This document shows, piece by piece, positions 26,320 through 40,200 of a DNA stretch of 64,000 bases (position 1 is the stretch's first letter; each line of letters begins with the position of its first letter). The DNA is from Lineus longissimus. Lineage: Eukaryota. The stretch spans positions 1,550,001 through 1,614,000 of the forward strand of contig NC_088308.1 in NCBI RefSeq assembly GCF_910592395.1, written 5' to 3'. The notes below the pieces were generated by a model. It was not told where the DNA came from, did no database searches, and worked only from the letters and a program-made list of their open reading frames with translations. A program made the position numbers and the translations under genes.

Positions 26320-29300
26320 TCAGCCAGTGTCAATTTTTTCTTTCGAGTCCATACAATCACTTAGTTCTTTTCTTGGTGATTTCCAGTTGTAATCGTGAAG
26401 AATGTTGATAATTGTTGGCATCAGGCTATCGATCAAATTGAGGCCACGCTCGGTTGCAACAAGTCTGAAAAATAAAGATGTGACATTATGAACTCAAATT
26501 TGAGGATGCAGAGTTCCTGCGTAGAGTGCTAAACAAGGACACAACTGAGACTGTAGAATGGTGTTAGAATGTTTATGTGCTTTTTCTAACAATCGAATCC
26601 AGACTACCGAGTACTCCATCAGTCACGGCAAAACACCCAACATCAACTTACATGTATATCCATTTTTCAAAACTTGTTGAGGTAACTTTCGCAACAGGGA
26701 CACGTAATGGCCCAATATCAGACAAAATATGACTCTGTTTTCCGATGAAAGTAATATCCATGCCTGGGTATACGTGTACATGTACATGTAGATGCATATA
26801 CATGGGGATGCATGTATTATAGATGTCAATAAGTGTCATTGTTTCCAGGCTGTCCCAGGGACATTCTCCAGCACGATATGATAAGATTCTGTGTCAGTAT
26901 GTCACTTACCTTTCCGGGCTGAATTCCAGGAGGCCAAACTGAATGAAATCACTCAACATTGGATGACCTCCAAATATCTTGGCAAGGGGAACATCATCAG
27001 AAAACCTTAGCCATCTCTGAAATCAAGATAGGTAAACTCGTTATGGCTTGATCCAAGGTGGAGTGATATTCAAAGGCTTGTGAAGCATTGGCTCTATTTA
27101 CTCCTTGTACATGTAGTGATTTTCCAGTCAATGGGTGATATGAATAAAGACTAGCAAATGCTTTTATCTAAATCTCCATGTACATTTACACTAGGCCTTC
27201 CTGTACAAAACCGGAGTAAAAGCATTTGCTAGTATTTATTCATATCACCCATTGTCACAACCTAGATCCACCTCATAATGGTTTCAGAGAGGTTTTTGGA
27301 CCTATTACTTTATGCTCTTAGTTCGCTGATTTTGCTCCTCTTAGCTCTTCTTCTTTACCTCCACTACTGTGAAGTAACAATGCTGATTGCAACACCAGGC
27401 AGGGACGCAGACATGACTTCACATACCTTGTTAGGAACCCCTGATTTTGTCCTCATTCCTAGCATCAGTATTTCCTCCATTCTGTAATAAAGATTTTATA
27501 AATTTAAGATATCAAAGGGAGGTTAGATATGAGGACTGTGACAGGTATAGTCACTCAACATTTCTTGCTTGACCTCCTGTCACCAGGGTGCAAATAGTTT
27601 TTGGATATTTATGAATACAACAAAGCAGTTATAATAGAGTGATGGTAAGTCAGGTTTCTCCCAAGAATATACCTACACCTCCTGCCTTGTCTGTTCCACA
27701 GCTTTCCTTGTAGCATGCCCTCTCTTTTCCACCTCCCACATCCAATACTTGGGTTCAAGAGTCTGTATCCTTGCCTCTCTAGCTGTACCACCCTCACTCT
27801 GTACAATAAACCTCCCATGTGCACCTGGGCCAACTCCTATATACTGAGAGCCTTCCCAGTAGGATTTGTTATGGCTGCTTTCAGCAGAGGCCTGAAAAAC
27901 AATCACAACACAATATTTTCAACAGTGTTTGCATCATCTAAGAGAAAACTACAATAACTTTGATCAAACCAAACAAACCTTAACTTATCACAAAATCCAG
28001 CATCTACATGTACTTGAACAGTATACATGTACATGTACTACATGTACTTACATTTCTTGCAAAATTTGATGCCTCGTATCTCTTCAATCCAGACTTCTTG
28101 AGGGTCTGTAAAAGAGAACATAGGATAGAGCATGCACTAAACAAAGAAATAAGCCCCAAGAGGTCAAATTCCAGTTCGGAAGCGTCCCAACATTAGACAA
28201 AGCTTTGACAACATCCTCTAGCAACACCCAGTGGCCCTCTGATATTTCAATTTGCATACATGTGATCTCGTCTCGTTCTATATTGCTCATGTATTGCTTT
28301 TGTCATTAAAGACACCGATGTTGCTTCCCCAGAGACAGTACGATAACAGACGGTTGTTCAGACGGTTGTTGATAACAGACGATAACAGACGGTTGTTCTA
28401 TACATCCTTCTATAAATAACAATTCATCTCATCACATACCTGTACAGCCATTTCATACATTTCCGCAGTCACATCAGTATCAGGAACTGTCTACAAGAAC
28501 AGAAATAAAGGATAACTTATTAAAGACGTTGCGTACAAATCGTGGCTGAACACAGGACCACTGTCATTCCCTCATTTTGCACCACAGGCAGATCCTGAAG
28601 TCTGAGAAAGTAGGGCGATGCTGTCAAGGGGAGGTGTTTTTTTGCATCAATTTCCCAGAATTAATGGTTAATTTCCTCAGAATCCACCCTGGCCCACGAG
28701 GGTTACCAACAGGACAGAATTGATCATTTCATCCACTTACAGAGGTCAGGTTGTGCATGTGAGGAAATGCACAACGTGTTTGTGTTTGGTGGTTGTCCTG
28801 ATTTCCTTGATCAAGTTGAGTGTGCATTAAGGTTATCCTAATAGCCTAGATTTTTCCTTCAACTTACCAATTCACCATTCTGTACTGACTTGAAAAGAGC
28901 TGTGCCCCTCTCAAGTGTAAGCTGGTAAAGTGATACATGACCATCTGCCAGAAGATTAGCAGTCTGAAAAGTTAAAAATTCAGAAAAGATTCTGTAAACA
29001 ACGATATTGTATAGAAAATCGAAGATGCAAAGCCACAAGTGCCTAACGAAATGGTAAGGTTGTTTGAGAAAAATGTTGCTATACTTCAAGATATCCTGCA
29101 TATTTGAATTTGTAAAAATCTTAAGTCTTCTGTTGAAGCTTGCCTTATGTAACTCATCTTGCCACAACTCCAGTGTCTGGAACGGTCGGCCAAATATCAG
29201 ATCCAACGATGTCTTCCCGGGGAATAGTGATTTGGCCTTGGACAGACAACTGCAAAACATTCAAACAAGAACAAGACTTACAAGAATGTTGTGACCAGAT

Positions 29301-31705
29301 CATAGTTTCTTCTTTTGGTGAGAGAGAGGGTATATCATAGTCAGGTTATTCAATCTGAAAACTGAGAAACAGGGGATGTGGTCAGCTGATTATAAACCCA
29401 TGTAATATCCCAGTAAACTAACTTCATAAGTTTCATAAAACCAAGTGAACTACCTGGCAAGAGAGGTTTATTCATGTGATGGTCAGTGAGACAAAACTCA
29501 ACAAGAGCTCAGTGTCTCCGATTTTGACTTGAAGTGAACAGGAGGTGGAGCTCAATACTTTTTGCGCATTCTCACCTGAGTGCCTCTTGAACTGTATGCT
29601 CACGGCCAAGAATTTTTAGATCTCTGTCATTTAATGCCTGGAAAGTTGAACATATTACTTCAGAGAGGAGCGTGTGACACCGAGCTACCATTCGATCAGA
29701 TAATGTAATACTAATAGCAGTTGCTCAAAATCATAACTGAAACACCTGATGTCCCTCTTCAAAGGTTTTCTGATCCAATCCAAGAGAAAAGACTTGTTCC
29801 CTTTATATTGTCAACCAAACCCTTATGAAGTATCCCTATAGGCTCAGTACACCATATTTGAGTGCTAACTGGGTCAGGTTTTCATATTTAGGCCTTCTTA
29901 AGAGAAAGATATCTTTCAACAGCCAAATGCATACCTGAATTCCCAATGACAGCCTGTTGATTCCAGCTGCTTTGAATTCCCTGAAAATGAACCATACAAC
30001 TGAACAATAACAGTTACTGAGCTACCAGGATACAAAATTATGCATGTAGAGGAATTTAAAAAAATTATATCACACTCCAATCCTGGTTAGTTGGAACCTT
30101 TTGGTCAAATATTCCTAAACAGTTCTCAATAAAATAAGCAGCTTTACCAGTTTTTGGACAATTTTAGGCAAGTTATTACTTATCATGAGTGCAATCAACT
30201 GTAGACGCTTTAAAACCAGTGTTAAAAGTTTCATGTATTGATAAGTGACTGAGATAGACAACCTGAGTTTGGTAGCTTCCACTGATGTTGGGTTGGCTTC
30301 CATGGTAATCTCGGCAGAGTCCGCTAAAGTAGCTTCTTTGGCAACTGTTTCTATTACATGACCAAGGGTGGATGGTTCTGCTAAACTTGGGGTGCCTGAA
30401 AATATGAATGAAACAGGTCATGGTAAAACAATGCTTTATACGTAACAAGTGAAAGTTTAAAAAATCACGCCAGGTAATTCATTTATTGAAAACAGTAAGA
30501 CAGCCTTAATACTGATATTTCCTTTGTGGAATGAAAAGTACATGCTCACCTCCACCAAAGAATATTGATGTGATTTCCTTGATGCCGCTGAGATAAATAA
30601 GACTCTGTATTTCCTTTCCCAAACATCGCTTCATCTGCTCATGATCAACCTGTTTGCTGAAAAAAACATGAAGTAGGATTGGATAATTTGGACTATTAAA
30701 CTAGAACTACCAGGCCACCTCTTGATTAAGGATGGATAAGTGCCCTCTCTAGAAAAAGGTTTTTAAAAACCCTAATTTTGGAATAAAGACAGCTAGTCAC
30801 GCCAAGAGACAAATGCGACAACAACTAATAAATGACATCGACAGACTGTCTGTTTATGGAAAGTGCTTTACGAATTACTGATATAATTATGATCTACTGT
30901 TTTATTGACTAAAGTACTGTTTATACTCGCCTTATATATTTATTGAAGTTGCAATAGGTGCATCTTTTCTCACAATATGGCCACTGGAATACAGAATATG
31001 CTATCAAAAAAATGTCGTGCTTTTCCGCACAAGGTAGGTTAGAGATGGGATGGGACAGTTGATGACATTGGATTCAAGTAGAATAGATGTCAGCAGTGAT
31101 ATCCAAATTGTCATGTTATCAGTATCAGCATCTTCCCTTGCCTGCCTTAGGTCACTTCTCATGGTATCGGAACTTCATGTATCACTGGTTCACCACAACT
31201 GACGTCATGTCATTGGCAGAAAGATTGACAAAACATAGGAACTATGACACAGACTGTATATAGTGTGTAGCTGCTGACTGGATGGACTATAGTGAAGGCG
31301 AGTCTGCACGGGTAACATCATCTGTGGCGACGACATGACAGGACATTTTTCTATTGCCCAAATAATGTCTAGCAACTTGTAGTGCATAAGGCGCAGACAC
31401 CTTAGATCCACCGCAGGCCTATGTACTATGTAGTGTAAGTGTATTTGCAGGTGCAAGACACCTACAAGTTACAACACTGTGCAGTAAGTGGAGGAGGTGC
31501 CTCTGATGTGTGAATATTCTATAGGCTAGCATAGGCATGTAGGCGCCGGCATAGCCGCATATGCACGGACAATACTAGGGCCTACATGGGACAGCCGGGT
31601 CGGGGGCATGGGAAGTGACAACGAATGAGGCTTGGGCATTGCCATCATTGGACAACTCACATGCACATAAAGTGAGGCTTGTCTCAGCCATTTTTTTGGT
31701 GACAT
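26320..31705 (-). CDS. RSAD1: Radical SAM domain-containing protein 1 (HemW-like heme chaperone), multi-exon
   Basis: [23 protein letters not shown] (CxxxCxxC), [62 protein letters not shown], ending ...KEKIDTG*. Start uncertain: ATG 31705, or a possible upstream targeting-peptide exon from ATG 32070. Confidence 0.9.
27133..27250 (+). mobile_element. 118-bp MITE copy in an RSAD1 intron
   Basis: Differs from the array copies at only 2 positions; flanks aat / att. Confidence 0.85.
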
Positions 31706-32947
31706 CTCGCTGACTTCACTAAATGGAATCAACCAATAGGCGAATAGGCCTATGTTGTTGACTCAAAAAGTACGTCGAACATGCACAATTTACAGGGACC
31801 ATCGACAACATCTTTTTCTAAAAATATTTTCATACAGAATCTCACGGCTATCTGACAAACGTACCGATCACAAAGTTTCAACCTCGATTGTTCAGATTAA
31901 CAAGCCTATGTTACGTTGTAATTATTATGCTCAAAATCAATTAATGAAAATAAAGATTAGGGTAATATTAACCAAGCAAGTGCAAAGGAAGTGTAAGTTG
32001 ATTGACTGATTCTGGTTACTAGACTCAAAATGGATTTATTTAAGTGTTTCAGAATGCAAACCATGGGCATAAAACATCACAGAAACATCAGATCCTAAAT
32101 CTTTTCGCAGTTTGATACTGCAGTGGTCAGCCTACAAAGACATCAAGGCCCACTCCTGATATATTTTAACCCTTTACACCCTATGGAGAGGTGAGTGACC
32201 AACTCATCTCACCCAGGTGTTGCTGGTGTGGTGAAAACTTGCGCAGCTGGGGGATTTTTATTCAGAAGCGCCACCTCGTGCTGGAGCCAGTGCTAGAGCC
32301 AGTGGAGCCTGGAGGTTAGGCGCCTATGCGAAAAAATTGAACTCTAAAATGCAATGCACTCTGTACACCCTACTGCCCTACTGCCTTTTTCATGAATCAA
32401 TTTTGAGCATTATGTTTACAACGTAGTTATTACAATTATAACACGAAATATGACTCTAAAATGCCAAATACTTGCAACTATTACGGTAAATATACGTCCA
32501 TCACTGAAATTTTAGTTTCCTAATTGCTCGCTATAAGCTAGATCATTGCGCCCCTAAACTTCTGACAACTACCTCCCCGGAACTCAAACTTTAACGTGAG
32601 TTAATTGTAATCTTACTGTCTACATACCAAACTGATGTATCTAGGAATACAGTTGAACTTCATTGAAAACTAATGGTATGTTGATGAGTTCAATGAATCC
32701 TTCGATTCCTTTGGTTTTCTTGGCGAACTGACGTCCGACAATTGACCCGTTGAGTTGACGTGTACCTGCAATGCAGTGCCATTTGTGTGTAAACATATCT
32801 ATTATTGGACGAAACTCAGCCCCTCACAAACTTTGGTGATGTGTCAGCTTTGTATATTGAACCCAGATGTTTAATTGTTAGGTCTTCTACTGCTCCCCGA
32901 CCAATGCACCTTCAGAATTTGATGTTTGCTTCTTTCCAGAGCAAAGA

Positions 32948-34206
32948 ATGGATTTACTAATGGTCATTTCCATTGGAGTGGGTGTGGTTTCGAGTCTCTA
33001 TGCCGTTGGTTGGCTGACAACATCTGTCCATTTGACCATCTGCTTGTTGACCACTTCTCTAGGAGTTGTCATTGGAGCATCGATGGCCCTTGAAAGCAAA
33101 CAGCATAAACCACAAGCGATTAGGTCACCAAGTGTCACAAAGTCTCTTGCTATGAAAATGATTGTAAGTCAACAGCTATAGGAGGACTTGAAAAGTCCGG
33201 ACGATCCAATCAGATCTTTGGCTACTTGCAACCTTAACCTGAATTATTTGGCCCCAACATATAAACGGAATCAGCTTGCAACCTTTAAACCATCTTACAC
33301 CAAAATTGTGACTCGGTTTTCAACTCCAAAGGAGATAGGAATACTAGTTTTCTGGTAAAGAACATTTTTGGGGGCAAAATGCAGCAAAACTATGAGAGTG
33401 TACCATTTTGAGTACCAAATTTATTCAGTTGTTGCAAGAATGATACTACTCTTTGGCTCAAACGGCGCAAAACAAATCATTTGCATGTTTTGAGTTCTGT
33501 GTGGGGTATCAAAAATAGGTTTCAAAAGATTTCAGACTAAGCACATTTTGTTTACACACGTAATTATAGTTTCATGATTATTTCAAAATCACAACACTTT
33601 AGCATACTTTTCAGGAGAAAAAACAATCTTTGGACTTTGACAAAACAAAGGTTGTTATATCGCACAATCTTGATGAGGCCATCAAAGAGGTACAAGACCT
33701 AGTAGTTCGAGATTACGTCCATTCGTGGTATGATGAAATCGGCAAGGACCAGAAGGTTATGCAAAGTATGGAGTAAGTACATTTCCAAATCTGAAGTCCA
33801 TTACTGTGACCAAGGTTGAAGCTTCTTTCGAAAACTACTGGCCACACTACCTGCCGCATTCCGTTTAGTCCATTAGCATAACTGATGAGGTCACCTTTGT
33901 ACCGAAACCGTTTTCAGAGCACACTTAAACCCTGTTGCTTATTTCCCGCCCCAGAATGACGACAGCATGTCATTCCCGCGCACACCCTACTGCCCGGAAT
34001 TACTCTTGACAACCACACCAGTCAAGACCGGGACGTCACAACCACCATTGGTGACGCCACAGGGACATCCAACCGACGACGACTCACCAACAGGGTTGAG
34101 ACGTCAAGACGTAAGGACAATCCAACGATATTTTTTCTGATTTGACGTCCCAGTCAGTCACAACGGTCTTACCATTGGACACAGCAGCATCACAAAACTA
34201 CGTTTC

Positions 34207-34248
<42 letters not shown>

Positions 34249-37200
34249 ACTGGTTGCGATCTCTCTCTTGGTTTTGGGGAAATTTGTTCCACTATTATTT
34301 TCTATAATTATTTCATATATGTACATTCTGTAACCAACAGTTTATCATATATTTTGTGTTTTGTTTTTACAGAGCTGACATTTGGAAAGTAATTGGCAAT
34401 GTGTCTCTAAGGCTTGGCAAGGTTGACTTGGTGACTGTCATGTCGCAGGATATTGTCAACAAACTATGCCAACATTTTCAAGAGATAAAGGATGCTGCGA
34501 TCAGGTATTTTAACCAAGGTTCTACTTTACTGAGATTTCTTGCCTTAAAGATGTCAAATTTCTGAAGCCTTACGCGGGAAAGTCTGTCTGGTTTGAACTT
34601 TTTTTTGGGGGGGAGGGGAGGGTTGCTAAACTAGGGAGCTATACAGTCCCGTCTAGTTTTGAAAACAATGCACAGTCAAAACGTTTTTAGTGAAAATTTA
34701 GCCCAATTTATAAATGACCAACAATCTAGACTAAGGAATAATGATTGCAACCATTTCAAGGGATACCTCTAGTACTAATGTATTGCAGCTCAACTTTTCA
34801 AAACAATCACACTTTGCAGGCCAAAAGGTTCTGGACCTCGACCCAAATTTCTCCTTCATCCTTGGCTTGTCAGTGAGGAAAAAGAACTCACCTTTGTGAG
34901 GAAGGTTTCCGAGGTGCTCCTTCTCCATGTGTTACCCAAAGAGTATGCCATGTGTAAAGCTTCCAGAGAATTACTGCGGGAGATTCTTGCATGCAGAGGT
35001 AGGTTGATTTTTGTCAGCACATCCAAGCTGTTGAAGGATCTAGTTGGATCTGAAAAGTTAGTGATGCAGTTATTTCTGAGTGCCATTTAGCTGATACCCA
35101 GATCTAATAACAAGGTCAGACCATCCATATAATTCTGCTTCCAAAGCTGTACATTTATGTACTGAAAATTAAGAAGTTTTCTAAAGAGGTAGAAACACTG
35201 AGAAAGACTGGATGAAAAACACATTTTCTTCTTTTAGTATAATAAGTTTGCTTAATCACCTGTCCTTGTTTTCTAGTGATGAAACCCATCATTGACTTGA
35301 TGTGTGACCCGGACTACATCAACCAGAAAATATTTGATTTTTTTGACTATCGAGAAAAACTTGCCGCAGAGCATCAGCGGACGTATTCCCATGCAGCCAG
35401 CTATGAGGATTTCGTCAAGATGATCAGGGCTTGTCAGGATATTGAGCACTTGAAACAAATCAGGTAACATACATAATAACATAATATTATTTACAAAACA
35501 GTTGTTGAACTTGTGATTGTCTTCATTCTTGATGTTGTTTAGATATTTGGTTGAGGAGAGGTTCTAATGAATTTCCATTCCAAGGTAAACAAGGCATCAC
35601 AAGAATGAATGTATATTTAGAATGCTCAGTTTATCCCTTTCCCTGAGCCAAAAGATCAACACAATACATGTAGTTGGTGTCCCAGGCTTCAAACAGGGCT
35701 TTGGGAGACATGGAGAGGATCAAAAGATGTGAGCCTCGCATTCATATGGACTGATCACTACTTTATTCCTGAACACTTTCTTTCATTTCTTTCTTTAACT
35801 AGATACTATATAATGTCAGAGGTGATGCAGGCTGCAACAATCAACAATCTTAAAAAGGAGAAAGGAATAGATGCTGGTAAGATCTTGTCTCATGTACATC
35901 TCATCTTCCGGCATGACCCAAATATGCTTAACATTGTGTGAAAGTTACGTTCGCCCAACTTTAAAACAATACACATGTGTATTGCAAAATGGATGTTGAT
36001 TGGATCAAGTATAGGTTAATCTGTACATGGTTGCATGGATATCATAATATACATGGAGAGTTCAAATATTCTGTTTGATTTGCCTTCAGGGAAAAGTCCT
36101 GCAGCTAAAGGCACTACAAAGGGTCACCTATTGAAAGCAAGGGACCTTAAAAAGTACATTAATCAGGTGAGTGTACGATGATATGTTGAAGGCTGCGGTC
36201 AAACTTGTGTCCTATCAGAGTGAGGGTACTAAGTCAGGTTGCACAGTCACTGGAGTAGAAATGAAATGTTTGTTCCTGTACATCTGTATAGAGCTTTGTA
36301 CTGTTGATACTGTTCAACAGTCTCGAAGCACTTTGAAGTCATTCCTGTTCAAGAAACATATCTGCAGAGACCTAGGAGCACAAATGGCCATTTCAGGCCA
36401 GTTGAGAGTGAGTGGAACTGGTCAAGCCTTGATCCCTCGACCTCCCTGTCACTACATAGACACTTGTCCACTGTGCCACTGTGCTCTCCAACATCACCTC
36501 CTGTTATGGAACTAGGCTGATTGAATCTGTTCGCAAGATCAAGTAAAAACTGCTTTTTGGTTGCAACATATCAAAAGTGTTTAACTATTGTTCCAGCTGA
36601 CAGTGTGTAAGGTACACTGTGAGAAGAGGATCCGACTGTTGGGTGGTCCAGACTATCAAGGATATGGGGAAGATGGAGAGAAGGAGCAAGCGGAAAAGAT
36701 ACCAGGAAAAAAGGCAAGTTCTGTTTCTCTTTATGCCCCTAACCTCCAAGAGGTCATCGCCCTTAACATTCTTCCCCTTTCCTCATCAAGGCATATTTTA
36801 CATTATTTGATATTTGTGGACTTTGTTAAAATATCATATTGTCACTTGTAGGTGCTGTCTTTCCAAGTGATCATGGAGAACCCCAAACCAAGGAACTACT
36901 TCATGAAGTATTTGAAGAAAGATGACAAACATTCACTTCTTGGGTAAGATAATCATATTGTCTGGAACATGCATGAGACAATAACAGCGATGTTCAACAT
37001 TTTCTCCAAAGGTTTTCAGATATAACCCACTCACAACTCAGAACTACTGTCTGGACAGGCAGAAAGTGGTCAGTGAAGATGCTGCAGTGAAATGTTTGAG
37101 GAACTATGTTATCTAAAGTGTCTCCTGTATGTAGGACTTCTTAAGTTTCCATTGGTACGTGGTTATGCCATATGGACTCGTGCATATAAAATTTGTTTTG

Positions 37201-40200
37201 ATATCATTCCAGTTTCTGGTTAGCTGTGGAAAACTTCAGGCATACTGACAAGGTAACTTGATTTCTTTTGTGCAAATAGTCAGTAGGGATCATATAATGT
37301 GTGATAGTTAATATGCACTCAAATACTCAGAAGTTCTCAATGTCTGCCCAGGCAATCAGTAAATGTGTTGTACCAGCTGAGTTACACCCTCCACTCTAAA
37401 ATCAGTGTCCGCGAAAGAAATTTGAAAAGTTGCTTTTCTAGGAAGGTAACCACAAGATATTTTGACAGGACCTTCCCTTTGTTGTCTGAAGGCTTCTAAT
37501 TTACATAGCTATTCGTATACTAATATTACAGAGTCGATGGCATCAGCTGGCCAGTGAAATCTTCCAGATGTATGTCTCAAGTCCAAGTAGTGTTGTCAAA
37601 GTGAGCAGGAGTGTCATCAAGGCAATGGAGGGCTTCATGATTGGTGACAAGGTAACTAATCTATTGTCATGTCTTTAGCCACGTGAGGGCTACGAATTGG
37701 GCTGCCATCATTGGTTCCTCCTTGTCAACCCGTACCTTGCAGGCCTGGAGAAATCAGCACTCCTGCAAAATATGAGGTGCGGTTTGGTCCACCATCAGGC
37801 AAAGGCTTACCTCAGTTCTGCCTCCTTTTGACCAAAGTCTTGCTATGAACCCCCTCAGCAGTAGTGCTCATTTGATTAATATCTGTTTTCAGGGGCCCGA
37901 GGCATTTTTCGGTGCTCAGTCCCAAATTTACCAAGAGTTAGAAGAGCACCATTACCCCTCGTTTATCGTGAGTGATGTCTACCACTCCTATGCAGGAGTC
38001 ATGGAAGAGGCAGCGATAGATGAAAAAGATTCCTCCGACGGTCCTGCAGGAAAATTGAGCAAGTTGATACGAACAAAGTCCATGTCTACAACAGATGGTG
38101 CATTCATTGCGGGACAGTCCGAGTATGCCAGAAGGAAGTTGATTGCCCTTGACGAGAAGTTGGAAAATAAAGGGCGGGCCCTCGATGCACTGAGGCAGTC
38201 CCATCAACGCTCAGACTCCAAGGTGAGTTTCCTATCAGTATACACTGGGGTCTTTATAATGACAGATACAGGAGCTCTGGGAAAAAAGGAGGTGTTAGGT
38301 GTTAGGGTGTTTTATCTAAAGTGGAAGAACTGTAAATTGGTTGTTTTGATAAATGCAGGCGAGTGCAAATATACCAACTTTATAACATCTTCACAAACAC
38401 TTTGATTCAATATTATCTTTTCTTCAGCGGTTGAAACTTCAAGAGGACATTGAAAAGGAGATGGAGATGTTAAAGATTGAGAAACAAAACTTGGAGTTCC
38501 ATATTGATAGGACAAGTATGTGGTGTGATAATGTTGGCAAATGGCAGGCTGTTCTACAAAATGGTGATGTAAGTATTGAAAGCGACCTCATCAATCAGGG
38601 TAGCTTTTTAAACTTTTGAGTGCTTAAAATTCAAACTTCGAGTACTAGACTGTTTATCCTCTTCATTCACTTCTCTCCAGGTATCTCAAGAAGGCAGTGA
38701 GGGGCCGATGGTCTCTTTCCTCCTTATTGTCCACTTGTTGGGGAAATCATTTGAGGAAGCAGCATCGCAGCCTGGTGGTACTCATGGATGGGTCATCTCA
38801 AGAAACCTCGCTGACTTCCGCAAGCTGAATGAAAACCTTAGCCAGGTGAGTACCCAATCATAGATTCATCATGATTCTCTTCAACAAATCTCTTTTCCTG
38901 CCTAGGTTTTCTTTGTATGTCAAGGTGCCCATCAGTCTTTGACTCAAAGATCGCCCTTTTAACAAAGCAGGTTAAATAGTTGATAATTTAAACCACAGAT
39001 CATAAAATTCCTTAAAAGAGTGCTACATGTATCAGTTGTTTTGGTCTTTTAGAAGATCTGGCTCCCCTTCAGGCAGAAATCATGTCATAATTACCTTGCC
39101 CATGGAAATAGGTTGTGACCCAATCTTTTTTGTGTCATCATTTGTGAATATCATTGCGCATTCCAGATCAGTCCTTGGTTAGCGAAGAGGGTTTTACCAT
39201 CTGTCAGCAAGTTCAGGATCAAAGCGATAGACAAGACATTCCTGGATAAAGCAAAAGAGACATTACAAGATTATATGAATGTAAGAATTGATGGACATCC
39301 ATCGAACCAATGGGGTGTTTTTTTGGCACGCATGGCCAGTCTAACATAAATGGGCCTATAGTAGCCATATGCAACCTGATGTTCACACAGAAGTTTCTGG
39401 ATTGTTAGAAATACTCACTTTACGCAATGAAAAGTAGTGCAGTACAGTGGGGGTAATAATTTGGGGGACTCTTTCGTTGCCTGATGAGTTCTGAGGCTAT
39501 GCAACTAGAATACAGTCCTGCTTGCTATTGCAGACGGTGCTAAAAGATGAGAGACTTGCTCAGAATGAAGCTGTATATGAATTCCTTAGTCCAAGTCCCC
39601 AGCATCTAAAGCAGGCTGTTCCAGTTGAAAACAAGAAGGTTTTCTCTCTACCTAGTGTCTTGAAAAGGTGAGCACAGAGAAAGGACAATCCGTGCAGATC
39701 TGACGAGTTAGTAGACCTATAGTTTTGGTCTGCCTTTAACTTTTAAAGAAATATACCGTTTGTACTTACTGGTGGCCCAGGGACACTTGTGAAAGTTACA
39801 TGCGACATGGCTTCACAAAATAGGCTCTTGAGCTTAAACGGCTGGAGCGAAGCAAATGTCTAAATCTCATTTTTCTTCTCGACGGTTTCTTTAGTGCGTG
39901 GGTCTGCTGGAAGTATGGTTAATTGTTTTTTGGGCCAGTCTGTATTTATATGCATTGTTTGTATTCAACAAGTATACTGTATGTCTTTAATTTTTTCATT
40001 TTAGTCAAACAGCGGATGCTGATGATGAGTTGCTCTTCCTGGATGATGATAGGTAAGCCTAAACAGTGTGTCAGAGTCTAATTGATGACTAAATGTTGCC
40101 TCTACTCCAATGCAATTTGGCTAAGATCGCTCACAACTAAGGCCCAAGTGGCAGACTTGATTTAATGAATGATTTCATCAACCTGCATTGTAATGGAATG

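Noticed and set aside
23841..31705. Functional Fe-S gene cluster (CISD1 + RSAD1)
   Set aside because: Adjacency of two mitochondrial Fe-S genes is plausible by chance; no evidence of co-regulation in the sequence.
39476..39505. Hammerhead ribozyme at gttgc-CTGATGAG...gcaac
   Set aside because: No GAAA core segment or stem II/III between the paired arms.
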